Shown here piece by piece: positions 36,061-47,735 of a DNA stretch of 64,000 bases. The first letter of the stretch is position 1, and the number at the start of each line of letters is the position of its first letter. The translations under genes and the position numbers were made by a program. Below the pieces are notes generated by a model. That model made no database searches, was not told the DNA's origin, and worked only from the letters and a program-made list of their open reading frames with translations. Source of the DNA: Rebecca billardiae RCC1528 (taxonomy: Eukaryota; Protista; Haptophyta); contig OZ251222.1 in the NCBI GenBank assembly GCA_965240325.2, positions 4,650,001-4,714,000 on the forward strand, written 5' to 3'.

Positions 36061-38790
36061 ATGGATGGCGCTCGCGCTGCGCAGCGGTGCCGGCTCTTTG
36101 GCGTGGCCGGCGCGGTCATCGGCACTGCCCTCGTCTGCTCGGCCGCTCTGCTCCTCCGCGGCCCGTCCGACCCGGCGGGGCACGCGGCGGCGGTCGATCT
36201 GGCCTCCGAGTCGGGCCTCGAGAAGCGGCGTCCGCAGCCGTCGCCCCTGGACAAGCCGCCGCGCCGCACGCTGGAGTACGAGTGGGTGGTCACGAGCGTG
36301 TGGGACCGCCGCCCTGACTGCATGGCCGTCGACGAGCGCTGGCCGCGCCGCGTGCTGCTCGTGAACGGGCAGCACATCGGGCCGCACATCAACGTGACGC
36401 GCGGCGACATTGTCAAGGTGAAGGTGACCAACATGATCGAGGCGCGCGACTTTGGGCACAACGAGATGCACGGCATCACGATCCACTGGCACGGCCTCAA
36501 GCAGCGCTCGAAGACCCAGTGGTCCGACGGCGTCGGCTGGCTGACGCAGTGCCCGATCGGGTACAACCGCTCGTACACGTACGTGCTGGACACGGCGCAG
36601 GACTCGGTGGGCACGCACTGGTGGCACGCGCACACGGGCTCGGACAACGCGGACGGGATGTACGGCGCGTTCGTCGTGCGCGAGCCCGCCAACCGCCGGC
36701 TGCCCAAGGAGTACGCGTACGACGCCGACCTGCCTGTGCTCTTTGTGCAGGGCTGGTGGAACTACTCGGCGCCCTCGCTCGAGTGGGGGCTGCAGCAGCA
36801 GGAGCTGCGCTGGGTGGCGAACGCGCAGTCGATCCTGATGAACGGCAAGGGCGTGAACGGCCCGTCGCTCGACAAGCGCGCCGAGCCCGGCAACAGCGCG
36901 GGCTGCGACCTCGACTCGCTCGACACGTGGTGGACGTACGACATCCAGCCCGGCCGCACGTACAGGCTGCGCGTGGTCGCGGCCGGCACGCTGCTGCCGA
37001 TCAACATCACGATGCCCGGCCACCGCATGACGATCATCGAGGCGGACGGCGCGTACGTGCAGCCGCTCGAGGTCGACGAGCTGCTCGTCAACCTCGGCCA
37101 GCGCTACTCCGTCCTCTTCACCGCCGACCAGCCGGTGGGCAACTACGAGATCGTCGCGAGCGTGTACGGCCGGCAGGCGCGCTCCGGCCAGTGCGCGCTC
37201 GAGTACCGCAAGAGCTTCGAGTACGAGTGGGAGGCGGGCACGTTCTCGACGACGCAGTCGTGCGGCGGGCTCGACCCGGCGGAGGCGGGCGTGGACGCCG
37301 CGCGGCGCGCCGCCCTCGACGGGCAGGCCATCGAGACGAACTTCCGGCTGCCGAGCGGGCTGGCGGTGCTGCACTACACGGGGGCGCCCTACTCGCTCGC
37401 ACGCCTGCACCAAGGGCGGTACGGCTCGGAGGAGGAGAAGCTGCGCGCGCGCACGATCAACTGGGTGCAGAACCTGACGATCGCCCAGCGCGACGCGCTC
37501 AGCCGCCGCGTCGCCGCCTTCGAGAACCGGCTGCGCGCCAACACCAACCTGAACAGCTACGACAGCGGGCAGAAGCTGCCCACCTCGCGCGGCGCGGTGC
37601 CGCGCGTCGACATGGCGCTCACGACGTGGTGGCCGGGCAAGCTGCCGCAGCGCTGGCACGACGACGCGCTGCCGGGGTACATCACGGCGCCGACGCTCGC
37701 CGACGGGCCCGGCGTGCGCGCGGGCGCGCTCCCCGTGTACAAGTGGGCGGTGAACAACGTGACGCAGGCGTTTGGCGCCAAGCGCGGCGTGGCCAGCGCC
37801 AGGGGGCTGCCTGTCGAGACGCAGTTCTACGCCAAGACGGTGCAGGGGTACGAGATCACGCCCGACTACGAGCTGTGGCCGAAGCCCGGCGACGGGCCCA
37901 ACCCGACGTACACGCTCGGCGTCTTCGCGTGGCAGCTCGACTTCGGCGCCATCGTCGACTTTGTCATCTACAATGACGACCTCGCGGAGGAGCACCCGTG
38001 CGCGCACGCCGCGCGCGCCTCGAGGGCGCACGGCGCTCTCGCGCGCCGCCGCGCGCGCTCAGACGCAGGGTGCGCGCGGGCTTGACGCGAGTGGGCGCGC
38101 GCCCGCCCCGCGCGCGGCCCTGCCGCGCGCGCAGCTGGCACATGCACGGCTACTGCTTCCACGTCCTCGGACACGGCACGGGCAAGTTCAGCGCCGCGGA
38201 CCGCTCGCGGCTCAACTGGAAGGACCCGGTGTGCAGGGACACTACGCAGGTGCTGCCGGACACGTGGGCGTACATCCGCGTGCGCTTCGACAATCCGGGT
38301 GCGCGCGCGGCGCGGCAGCGGCCTCGTCCCCGCGCGCGCGACGCGGCGCCCACGCCGAGCGCTCTCAGCCCTCGCCCCGCGTGCGCGCGCCGCCCCCCCC
38401 GTTGCAGGCGTGTGGTACTTCCACTGCCACATGGACTGGCACCTCGAGCTCGGCCTCGGCGCGCTGATGATGGTCAAGGACGGCAAGGACTCGGCGCAGC
38501 GGCTGCCCAGGCCGGCGTCGCTCGACGACTACCGCATGTGCAACGCGCTCGTCAGCTCTGACTGGAACGCGGACGGCTACCGCAAGTTTGGCACCGGCGG
38601 CTGGACCGGCCTGGACAAGAAGCCGCCGGGCGACGCGCCCGCCGCTTGGCGCCAGTTTGGCGACGTGAAGAAGTACGACCAGCTCGCCAGCAGCGGGCGG
38701 AAGGACGCTCTCCAGCAGACGCCGCCGCCACCGTCGCCGTCGTCGTCAAGTCATGGCCGCCGTCATGCGCATCGCCGGCGTGGCCACTAG
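36061..38790 (+). CDS. Multicopper oxidase (laccase/ascorbate oxidase/Fet3 superfamily) with N-terminal membrane anchor; join(36061..37997, 38135..38298, 38408..38790), 827 aa
   Basis: All four copper motifs present after splicing: HWHG, WWHAH, HPWHMHG and [20 protein letters not shown]. GT-AG introns at 37998-38134 and 38299-38407. Confidence 0.93.
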
Positions 38791-39138
38791 TTGAACGGCG
38801 AGTAAGCGGCGGAGTAAGCTGCCGCACAGCTATTCAGCTGACTTGGCCAGTAGGAGTACCGAGAATATATAGCGCCTGCTACGCGTTGAGCGGCGGAGCT
38901 CGTCACTCTCACACTGTGCCGTTGATCACGCCGACGCCGGATTACATTATTCGTCATATATCATTCAGCAGCAGACTGTCCGGCTGACGCTGGCGCCGCG
39001 GGCGGCAGAGTCAGACCAAACGGGCAAAGGGTGCGCGGCGCCGCCGACTCGGCGGGCGGTTCAGACGTCGACGAATACTCGACTAGGTCGACGTTCATCT
39101 GCTCGTCGGTTTAGCTCGCTGCGGCGTACGCGCGCATC

Positions 39139-39160
39139 ATATATATATATATCGTCATCA

Positions 39161-39207
<47 letters not shown>

Positions 39208-39225
39208 TATACTATACGTATACTA
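39139..39225. repeat. (TA)n microsatellite
   Basis: Interrupted long TA run. Confidence 0.95.
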
Positions 39226-41304
39226 GAGACGAGTTGGGCATCCTCCGTGCTGGAGGTCGAGGCGATAGGTGTCTCGGGCGCGCAGCTGTTGTGCGCTGGA
39301 CAGGTTGCACAGGAAACTGTCCTTGGTGTTACATTTCTGAGAGACGGCGCCTCTGAAGGATGGCGCCCGCCCACTCGCCGCTCGTGGGTGGCGCGCGCCT
39401 CGCGTGTCGATGCAGCCCCGCATCATGACTAGCTGAATGCGCGTGTCGTCAGGACTTGTCCGCGTGCGCTACATCCCTTGAGCTAGCACAGCCGGGACCC
39501 CCTCGCCGTCGGCAGTGACTGTCATCATCCCATCACACGTCGCGTGAGACGGCAAACAGCCACAGCAGCATCACCCTCTCGTCCAGGATCATCAGGCAGC
39601 TGGAGACAGTCCTCCCTTCGACGCGTCTCGGAGCGAGCGCACACGCCCAGCTCTATCTGCGTCACACCGCCCGCGCCATCCGTCTCGAGCCCAACGCCCG
39701 TCACCACGCGCAGTATGGCAAACCGTCATGATCGGACCGAGCTCGTCGCCCGAGTGCAGCCTTCGCCCGCAATGCCGCGCGCGAGCATTCGAGTTCGACA
39801 ATAAGTCGTCAGCGACTTGTGGGCCGGCGGGGAGATCCACGCGTGGCATAGATACCATGTAGGTCGTCAGCTCCTGCTCGGTGTACGCACGCGCTCTGCA
39901 TCTGAACACTTGATAGAAGCTCTCGATCATCACCATCGAGCTGTCTACGTGAGCCTGTGCGACCGTCTGCGCAACACCTCGCGCCTCACCCTTGATGCTG
40001 AGCTCACGCGAGACAAAGAAGGCTATGTAGGGCTCAATGACATTCATACAGTGAGAGCGTCCTTGCCGCAGCGAGCGACAGCTTCCTTCGCCCGCTTCTT
40101 AGCACTCGCCCTGCTGTTCTTGGGCGTGAGTGAGGCGTGGTGCCTCGTCAGCCTGCTGAGCGGTTCTTGTCGATGCGTGTCACAGCGCGGAAGCAGGTGT
40201 GCGTTCGCGAGGCGTCGTGCGTGGATGCCGTTCTTCATGCTGACGACATAGATAGACTGCGTAGCGGCCGTCTCCTCATCCAAGAGCCTCGAGCATGCCA
40301 CGACTCTGACACTTCAGCGCTCCGGCCGGCGCGCATGCACCATCAAGTGCAACCGAGCGGTTGAGAGGTAGCCGCCGCCAGCTTTTCGACCCTCACCAAC
40401 ACGCGCTGGATGAACATTGCAAGGTTGTCGCATACTATGAGTGTCGCGTGTCTCTTCCCGCGACTGTTGCTGCGCAACGTGATGTGCAAGACCAGTCGCG
40501 CGCGCGCTCCATCCAATACACGCACGGCTGATGAATGGACGTGGCCGAGCGCAAGCACGCACGCGCGAGTCGTAGGCTGCGAACGTCGTGTGCGGCCAGA
40601 CTGCGACGTGCACGGCACGTATCCACCTTGCATTGCTACGTCTCTTCACACCGGGCCTGGGACTCTTCCAGGCTGAGACGGCCTGCTCTGCTGCCCTCTG
40701 TGACTCAGATGCCGCGCGAACGTGCCGCGCGGCTGCGCGATGTCGCGATTGGAGCTCAAGGGTGGTTGACTTTCGGTACATGCTACTCAAGCAGGAAGAG
40801 GCCGATCGAGGCGCGGAGTGGCGCGCTGCACCCGCAACAGCGGGCATCGTGCAGCGCGCGAGAGCGCGCGCCGCTTCCGGGCGCACGGCGACGGCGCCAT
40901 GTACCGAAAGACGGGTGGACAGGTCGCGTCCACTGGGAATGTAACATCTGTCAGTCGCGGGCGGTCATTTTTCCGTGCAACCTGTCGCTGCCGAGTCCTA
41001 CCTCGCGCGGATCGAGGAGCGAGGTGCGCGCCGATGATGCCCGCTGAATGCCCCCTTTTGGGGCTCCGACGAGGCGGCAAGAGCCAGAGCAGCTCGCCTT
41101 GCAACGAAGTGGAATGGCTCGGGGGCGCCCGAGAAGCCACTCTCACTCCAGGTGATGCAGCAGCCAGCCGTCACTGCCGTGTACCCGTAGAAGGTTCATG
41201 ACGAATTCTGCGAGCTGGGTGCAACAGAGTGAGAGGCCACACGGCGAGCCCCGCCGTCACGCAGCTCGTACACACTCAGTTATTGTACCAATAACACGAC
41301 CACA
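39226..41304 (-). mobile_element. Putative decayed insertion (~2.08 kb) bounded by an 18-bp direct repeat
   Basis: TATACTATACGTATACTA at both 39208-39225 and 41305-41322. The interior has lower GC than nearby genes and broken minus-strand ORFs (40633-40343, 40301-40044, 40047-39592) of unrecognised family. Confidence 0.4.
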
Positions 41305-41511
41305 TATACTATACGTATACTACTACAGCAGAGTACCGATCCGTGCCAGCGTCCGGAGCGCATTACAGTTACTATACTGCTGTACCCGACGAAGATCGGG
41401 CCACGTAGCCGATATCATTATTTATCAGCCGCCGAGCATCAGTACGGTTCGGTAGTTGCGCCATTCAGCGCATATCGTCAGCGCATCACCAGCAGATCAC
41501 GACTCACGTCG

Positions 41512-42385
41512 TCACTTGCTGGCTTTCGTCTTGCCCCCGCCGCTCGCCGCGGGGAGGCCTTTGCTGCCTGGCTTGGCGCTGCCCCGGCGCTGCTTGTAGC
41601 TCAGGTTGGAGCCCTGCCGCGAGAGCCGGCGCGCCTGCGTGGGCGGCGGTGCTGCCGCCGGCGGCGCTGCCGCCGCCGCGGCGTCCGCGGCCGCCCTCAC
41701 CGCATCGCGCATCGTGCGCGACAGCTCGGTCGCGGGCGGTTGCGGACGCAGCCCGGCGGAGCGCTCCTGCCTGCGCTCGAGCTCCTGCAGCTGGCGCGTC
41801 GAGCGCACGACGTCGCGCTCCTGCAGCGGGTTCGAGCCGAGCCGCGCCTCGAGCGCCTCGCCCGGCGACACGACGGTCGCGGCCGGGTTGGCGCTGGGCC
41901 GCGGCCCCTGGAACTGGGGCGCCCACGCGGTGCGCGGCCGCGCGCGCAGGCCGAGGCCCCACTCTGCGAGCTCGTGCGTCGTGGGCTCGGAGGACTGCAT
42001 GGGCACGCGCGTGCCGATCCGCGTCGCGCCCGCCACGGCCGTCGACGCCTTGACCAGCGGGTCGAGCTCCGGCCGGCGCTCGACCACCGTGCGCCACGCG
42101 GTCGGCGGCGGCGGCCGCGCGGCGCGTGAGTCGCGCGCGCTCTGCTCCATCAGCTGCACCGCCTCGCCGATCTGCCCGCGGTCCGAGAGCATGTGCAGCT
42201 GGAGCTCGAGCGCGACCGCGATCTCGGAGGCGCGGCGTGGCTTCGGCCGCGCCGCCGCCGCCGTCGCGGGCCGCCTCGACGACTCGCGCCGCTGCTGCCG
42301 CTCCGCCTTCTCGAGCTGCAGGCTGTGCGTCGAGGAGCGGCGCGCGGACACGCTCGAGCGACGGCCGGAGATGCCGCCACCGCCG

Positions 42386-42433
<48 letters not shown>

Positions 42434-43530
42434 GGGCGCTGCGTGCCCGGCGCGCTCGCGGGGCGGGTGCGCGAGGCGATGCCCATCATCGCGCCGAACA
42501 TGTGCTCCGAGAGCAGGTCGGGGTCGCCGCACGCGCGCACCTCCCCCGAGCGCTCGGGCTCGGGCAGCTCGTCGGGCGGCCGCCCCCCCGCCACGGCGTG
42601 CAGCACCGCGCCCGTGCTGAGCGGCGCGTACGGGTACTGCGCGTACACGGGCAGCGGGAGCGCGGGCTCGCCGCGCCGGTTGACGCCCTCGGCGAAGGGC
42701 GAGCGCGCGACCGCCGCCCCGTCGAACGCCGCGCCGCCCTCGCGATCAACGCCGCCGCCGCCGCCGCCGCCGCCGAGCACGTCGGCGCCGTCCGGCAGCT
42801 CGGGCGCCGCGCGCAGCGGGATGGGCGCGGGCTCGTGGCCCTTCGTGTCGTCGTACAGGTGGCGCAGGGGGCGGACGAGCTGCGCGCCGCCGCCGAGCGC
42901 GCCCGTGCCCGCGCCCTCGATCCAGTCGCACCGCCGGCCGAGCGCCTCGCGCCAGTTGCGGTACTCCACCGCCTTGCGCCACCTGGCCGCCTCCGTGAGC
43001 GCCGCGTGCTCGACCGCGCCCAGCCCGACGTGGTCGGCGATCGACGCGTCGGCGCCCTCCTCGAGGAGGAAGGAGCAGACGGGGACGTGGCCCGCCTTGG
43101 CCGCGTACACCAGCGCCGTGTGCCCCGTCTCGCTCTGCGAGTTCAGCGCGCCGGGCGCCGCGTTGAGCAGCAGCCGCACGATGTGCGCGTTGCCCATCGA
43201 CGCCGCCATGTGCAGCGCGTTCTGCCCGCCGCCGTTGCGCGCGAGCACGTCGGCGCGCTTGCGCAAGAGGGAGACGCAGATGCGCGGCCGCTGGAGCATC
43301 ACGGCCAGCAGCAGCGGCTGCCCGTCGTTCACGTCCACGGGCTCGTCGGCCGAGCCGGCCGCGAGCAGCTCGTCCACACGGCTCAGGCTGCACGCGTCCA
43401 CCGCGCGGAGCAGCGGCGTGCGGGTCCGGGCGGAGGGCAGCGCGGGAGGTTGCTTGACTCGGATCTTGGTGAAGTCCACGCGCCGCACCCTTGGCACGCC
43501 CACGGGTCTCGGACGAGCGTCGAACGGCAT
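41512..43530 (-). CDS. Ankyrin-repeat protein (672 aa) with low-complexity C-terminus
   Basis: Ankyrin consensus repeats TPLLRAV, GQPLLLAV..LLRKRADV, GQNALHMAASMGNAHIVRLLL and GHTALVYAAKAGHVPVCSFLLEEGAD. Poly-Gly tracts follow. Confidence 0.85.
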
Positions 43531-43859
43531 GAGCGCGTCGCCGAAAGCCTTGCTGCCGCGTGCGCCGGCACGGGTGGGGCTGGCCGCGCTTTAGCAGCTG
43601 TAACGTCGTCATCATTGACTCCAGTTGCAGCCGGTCCGGTCGTTACAATACTGTCAGTGTCAGCCGTGACCGACCTCCCTTGGCCGTCCCGAGCTCCCGA
43701 GCGACCGGACTCGGCAACTGAGTGCAGCGGCAGAGGGCACGGAGGGGCAGACCCGCAGACACGCCGACGGCAGCACGCTTCTGTCGCCTTCTGCGCAGCG
43801 GGCTGCAGCGCCAAGGGTCCCTGGAATCGCCACCACGACCACTGCATGTCTGCGGCCAG

Positions 43860-45642
43860 CTAGTGGCAGTCGAACGCGCCGTCGCCGATGAACTCGCGCA
43901 TCAGCGAGGTCGAGGGCACCTGCGGCACACGCGGGCGCGGCGCGCGCGTCAGCTGCGAGCGCGCGGCCGCTGCCCGCCTCTCTCTCTCTCGCGCGCGCGC
44001 GCTCTCTCTCTCGGGCGCGCGCGGCGTCGGTCCGTGCGCGCGCACCAGAGAGGCGGTGCACGCGTTGAACTGCGTGAGCATCGAGAGCAGCTCCTGCGCC
44101 TTGTGGAACTCGGGCTCATGCGGCTGCACTGCGGTCAGCAGCGGCTCGACAAACGGCTTGAGCACCTGCGCGGGAACGGGGGCGCGCGCGCGCGCCGCGC
44201 CGCGCGCACACCGCTCGTCACGGGCCCCCGCCCCCGGCGCGCCCCACCGCGCCCCACCGCGCCCCAGCGCGCACCCTGAGCTCGTACTCCATGCCCGAGT
44301 TCATCACGTAGTCGACCGAGTCCTGGTGCGGGAAGATCCACGTGTGCTCGCCGCGCCGCACGTTCTGCCACATCGAGAGCGTGCGCGCGGCGGAGTGCCC
44401 GCGGAAGAGGAAGTCGCGGCACATGCGGCGCAGCAGCCGGTGGTCCGTCGTGCGGATCGCGTTCGTCTCGTCCAGCTGCAGCGCGGACAGCGGCGAGATG
44501 TAGATCTTGAAGACGCGCTCCTTGGGCACGGTGCTCGTGTACTCGGGGTTGAGCGCGTGGATCCCCTCGATCACGAGGATCGACTGGCCCTCGGGCAGCC
44601 GGAACTTCTTGCCCGCGCCGTCGCGGTACCCCGTCTTCATGTTGTACGTCGGCGTGAGCACCTCCTCGCCGCGCAGCAGCGCGTTGATGTGCTCGTTCAC
44701 CAGCGGCACGTCCATCGCCTCGATCGAGTCGTAGTCCACGTCCGAGCGCTGGCTGCGCACCTTGTACTTGGGCTGCTGGTCGAGCGGCAGGTAGTAGTGG
44801 TCCACGGAGAGCGGCACCGCGTGGAACCCCGCGTTCGCCAGGTACATCGACAGCTTCGTCGCGAAGGTCGTCTTGCCCGAGGAGGTGGGGCCGGCGATGC
44901 AGATCACACCCACCTTGTGCAAAGCGCTCTTCGCCCCGCTGTTGCGCTCGCAGATCGCCTGCGCGATGCCGGCGAGCTTGCCCTCTTGCCGGAACTCGGA
45001 GTGGAGCACGAAGTCGGCCAGCTCGCGCCCCACCGCCTTCAGCTCGTTCAGCTGCCCCACGCACTCGGTCCCCATCATCTTGTCCCACGCCTTGTGGTCG
45101 GCGAACGACGTCATGAGCGTCTGCGAGGGGGTGAAGTCCTCCAGCGCGCCGCCCGAGTTGTTCCACACGACGAAGAGGCCCGGCCCCTGCGGGATGAGCT
45201 TCGGCCGCGCCTGCGCCACGCCGCCCGTACTCGGCAGCAGCGGGAAGATCGCCAGCCGCCACTCCTTCTTGATCGAGTGCACCGCGACCGTCTCGCCCAC
45301 CACGCGCGTCTTGAGCAGGGTGGCCGAGAACGCGAGCTTCTCCTTCTCGAAGTACTTGAGCGCATCGGCATACGGCACCCGCTTCTCCTCGATCTTCGCG
45401 TCGCTCGCGATCAGGTTGTCCAGCGCCGACTGTAGCGCGCTGATCTGCTTGGCCGTGATCGGCGTGCTGTCGTGCAGCTCAAAGTAGTACGCGCCGTCGA
45501 TCGGCCAGCCGCCGTGCAGCATCTCGGGGATCTCGCGCTGCGCGACGACGGAGATGAGCGTGCGCAGCGTGCGCCGGTACAACGCGTCGCATAGCCCGAT
45601 CGCGTCGGGGCCCTCGTGCATGTCGCGCTTCTTCGGTGGCAT
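43860..45642 (-). CDS. Uridine kinase/phosphoribulokinase-family P-loop kinase, long bacterial type with ThrRS-like N-terminal region; join(45642..44275, 44165..44046, 43919..43860), 515 aa
   Basis: IAGPTSSGKTT P-loop, VIEGIHALNP, RLLRRMCRD..RG, GE..WIFP.Q...D..MNS..EYEL and terminal VPSTSLMREFIG. Two GT-AG introns (44274-44166, 44045-43920). Confidence 0.88.
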
Positions 45643-45786
45643 CGTCGGGACAGCGGCGGCGTGCGGCCTGGCCTAGGCAGCCGTGGGAGCTGCCGAAAAG
45701 CCGCCGCTCGCAACCGGGGTCGACGAAACCCCGATGAAGCCGAGGCACGGTCGCACGGAGGCAGCTCTACATCTAACCGGTTCAGC
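45643..45786. promoter_or_regulatory. Probable bidirectional promoter (uridine kinase / IscA-like)
   Basis: Divergent ATGs separated by only 144 bp. Confidence 0.45.
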
Positions 45787-46414
45787 ATGGCGGCGGCCCA
45801 GCGCGTGTTCGCGGTGGGGATTCGGACGCACTTGCCACGCTTCGCTGGGCCATTGCATGCGCTCGCCAGGCCCTCGTACGCACGCATCGCCCCTCTGTAC
45901 TCGGCCATGCGCGCGGGTGCCCACGCGCCGGGCGACTCGCCGCGCACATTCGCCGCGGCGGCGGGGAGAAAACTTCCACCGTCGTTGAAGCTCTCGGACC
46001 GATGCCACAAGACTTTCCAGACGCTACTCTCCTCCAAACCAGAGGCGAGTGCGATGCGCATCACGATGGAAAACGACTGGGGCAGCCCTACGGGCTTTAC
46101 TTTCAAGCTCTCGTTCGCCTACGACGAGGTGCGTGAGGGCGAAGAGGCTGTCGTGCAAGATGGTGCGCGCACTCTAGCGGCGCGGTCCAAAGCCCATGAC
46201 ACGCATGCAGCTCCCCGTGCCCGCACGACTGCGCCTGCGCGGTGAAGATGCGCTTACATGCAGCACATGCGTCGCCGATCGTCCCGCAGGCGTGCGCCTG
46301 TTCGTCGAGAGCAAGGCGCTCTTCAACACATCCTCGGGGCTGCTGGGCGCCACCCTCGACATGGACGATGACCTCCGCATCAGCATCGTGCCCAGGGAGG
46401 GCCGCCCGGACTGA
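45787..46414 (+). CDS. IscA/HesB-like fold protein lacking the canonical Cys motifs, probably mitochondrial; join(45787..46162, 46290..46414), 166 aa
   Basis: Arg/Ala-rich presequence, then LKLSD...MRITMEN..G..GFTFKLSF..EVREGEEAVVQDGVRLFVESKAL...LLGATLD, the A-type carrier pattern. GT-AG intron at 46163-46289. Confidence 0.65.
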
Positions 46415-46825
46415 CGCTGCGGCTCAGCGTCGTGTCGCACTCGCAGGCCGCAACAACTCCAGCAGCACGAGTGCTGAAAGAGTCGCGGAAGGAGGCCTGG
46501 CACGCCTCGCCGAAGCTCATTATGGAAACTGTACCGGCCCGTCGAACGGGGGGTCATGGCCAGTCTGGCAGTCTGCGACGGCCGATCAGCCCATTGGCAC
46601 TGGCAGAACCGTACGCGCGGCCGAGGGTTGAGTCTAGCGGGAGGAACTTTGGGTCTATATATCAGTCTAAGCCATCGTCCGGGCCTACCCGTACTGGCTG
46701 AGTCCGATCGGAAGGCGGCACTGCAAGCCAGGCAATCGGCCGGCGGCCCGCGGGCGGAATTGTTATCGGCCGGCAGGCCGCGGCGGCGGCTTGAGTAGTG
46801 TGGTGTCTTATAATTGACTATTGAG

Positions 46826-46896
<71 letters not shown>
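46826..46896. repeat. (TA)n microsatellite
   Basis: Pure TA run of about 60 bp. Confidence 0.97.
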
Positions 46897-47735
46897 TGTG
46901 ACTCACTGTGACCGGGCTGCAGACACCTGCATCATAAGCGCAGCTTCCCCAGCCTGCCACTGGCGGGATCAGCGCCAACATCATTCGGCATTCCGTGTAC
47001 TCACCGCCGCATTGTAATTAATGTGCCAATGAAAGCGCCTGCGAGCTGTGGCCGGCTGTAAGAGCAAATAAAAGCCAAAATGTCCACTGACTGATTCTGA
47101 TGTAATTGAAACCTGGCACCCGCCATTGGGACGAACAGCCGGCGCATGCACCTGCCACTCGTACGCAAAGAGGAAAGGCGGCCGCGGGAAGACCGAAGAG
47201 GCAAGAGCACGGCCCGGTTGGCTGCGAGTGCGCACCATTTGTGCAATTAGGGGTGGCACGGGCGCGGTCCGAATCGTCTAAATCGATCAACGCGCTTGAG
47301 TCGTGTGTTCGATGTCAGCCGGGCGGCACCTGAACTCCCGGCCGCGGGCGGGATCAGGTCTCAGGAGTAAGGGAAGAGTAGCTACTCAATGGCTAGGGTA
47401 AACAGACGGCCGATGTCGCGAGGCGTCGTGATCGCGCGGGCACCATGTGCGCGCGGGGCCGGCCGGGCGGGAACGGGCATGAAACCGGCCAGACCCGCAG
47501 TCGCCCGGAACTCAGTCTGCAGACCCGGACCTACGCCCCGGACCCCCCCCCCCCCGACAAGCGGTGTGGGGGTTGGTCCGATACGGTCCGGCTGCAGATG
47601 GCCCGGAACTCCGGATGAGTCCAGCCAAAGGGCGGTGTCCAGCCCAGCAGGTGGGCTGACGCAGCACGCGGCCGAGCTGCGCCTGGCGTCCGTCAGCGCG
47701 GGCAGGGTTCTGGGCGGCCTGCCGCGCGCGGCGCG

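Noticed and set aside
39222-39260. Helitron 3' end on the minus strand (CCTCC/GGAGG hairpin + CTAG)
   Set aside because: Only a 5-bp stem, no RepHel remnants recognised, and the flanking 18-bp direct repeat is inconsistent with Helitrons, which make no TSD.
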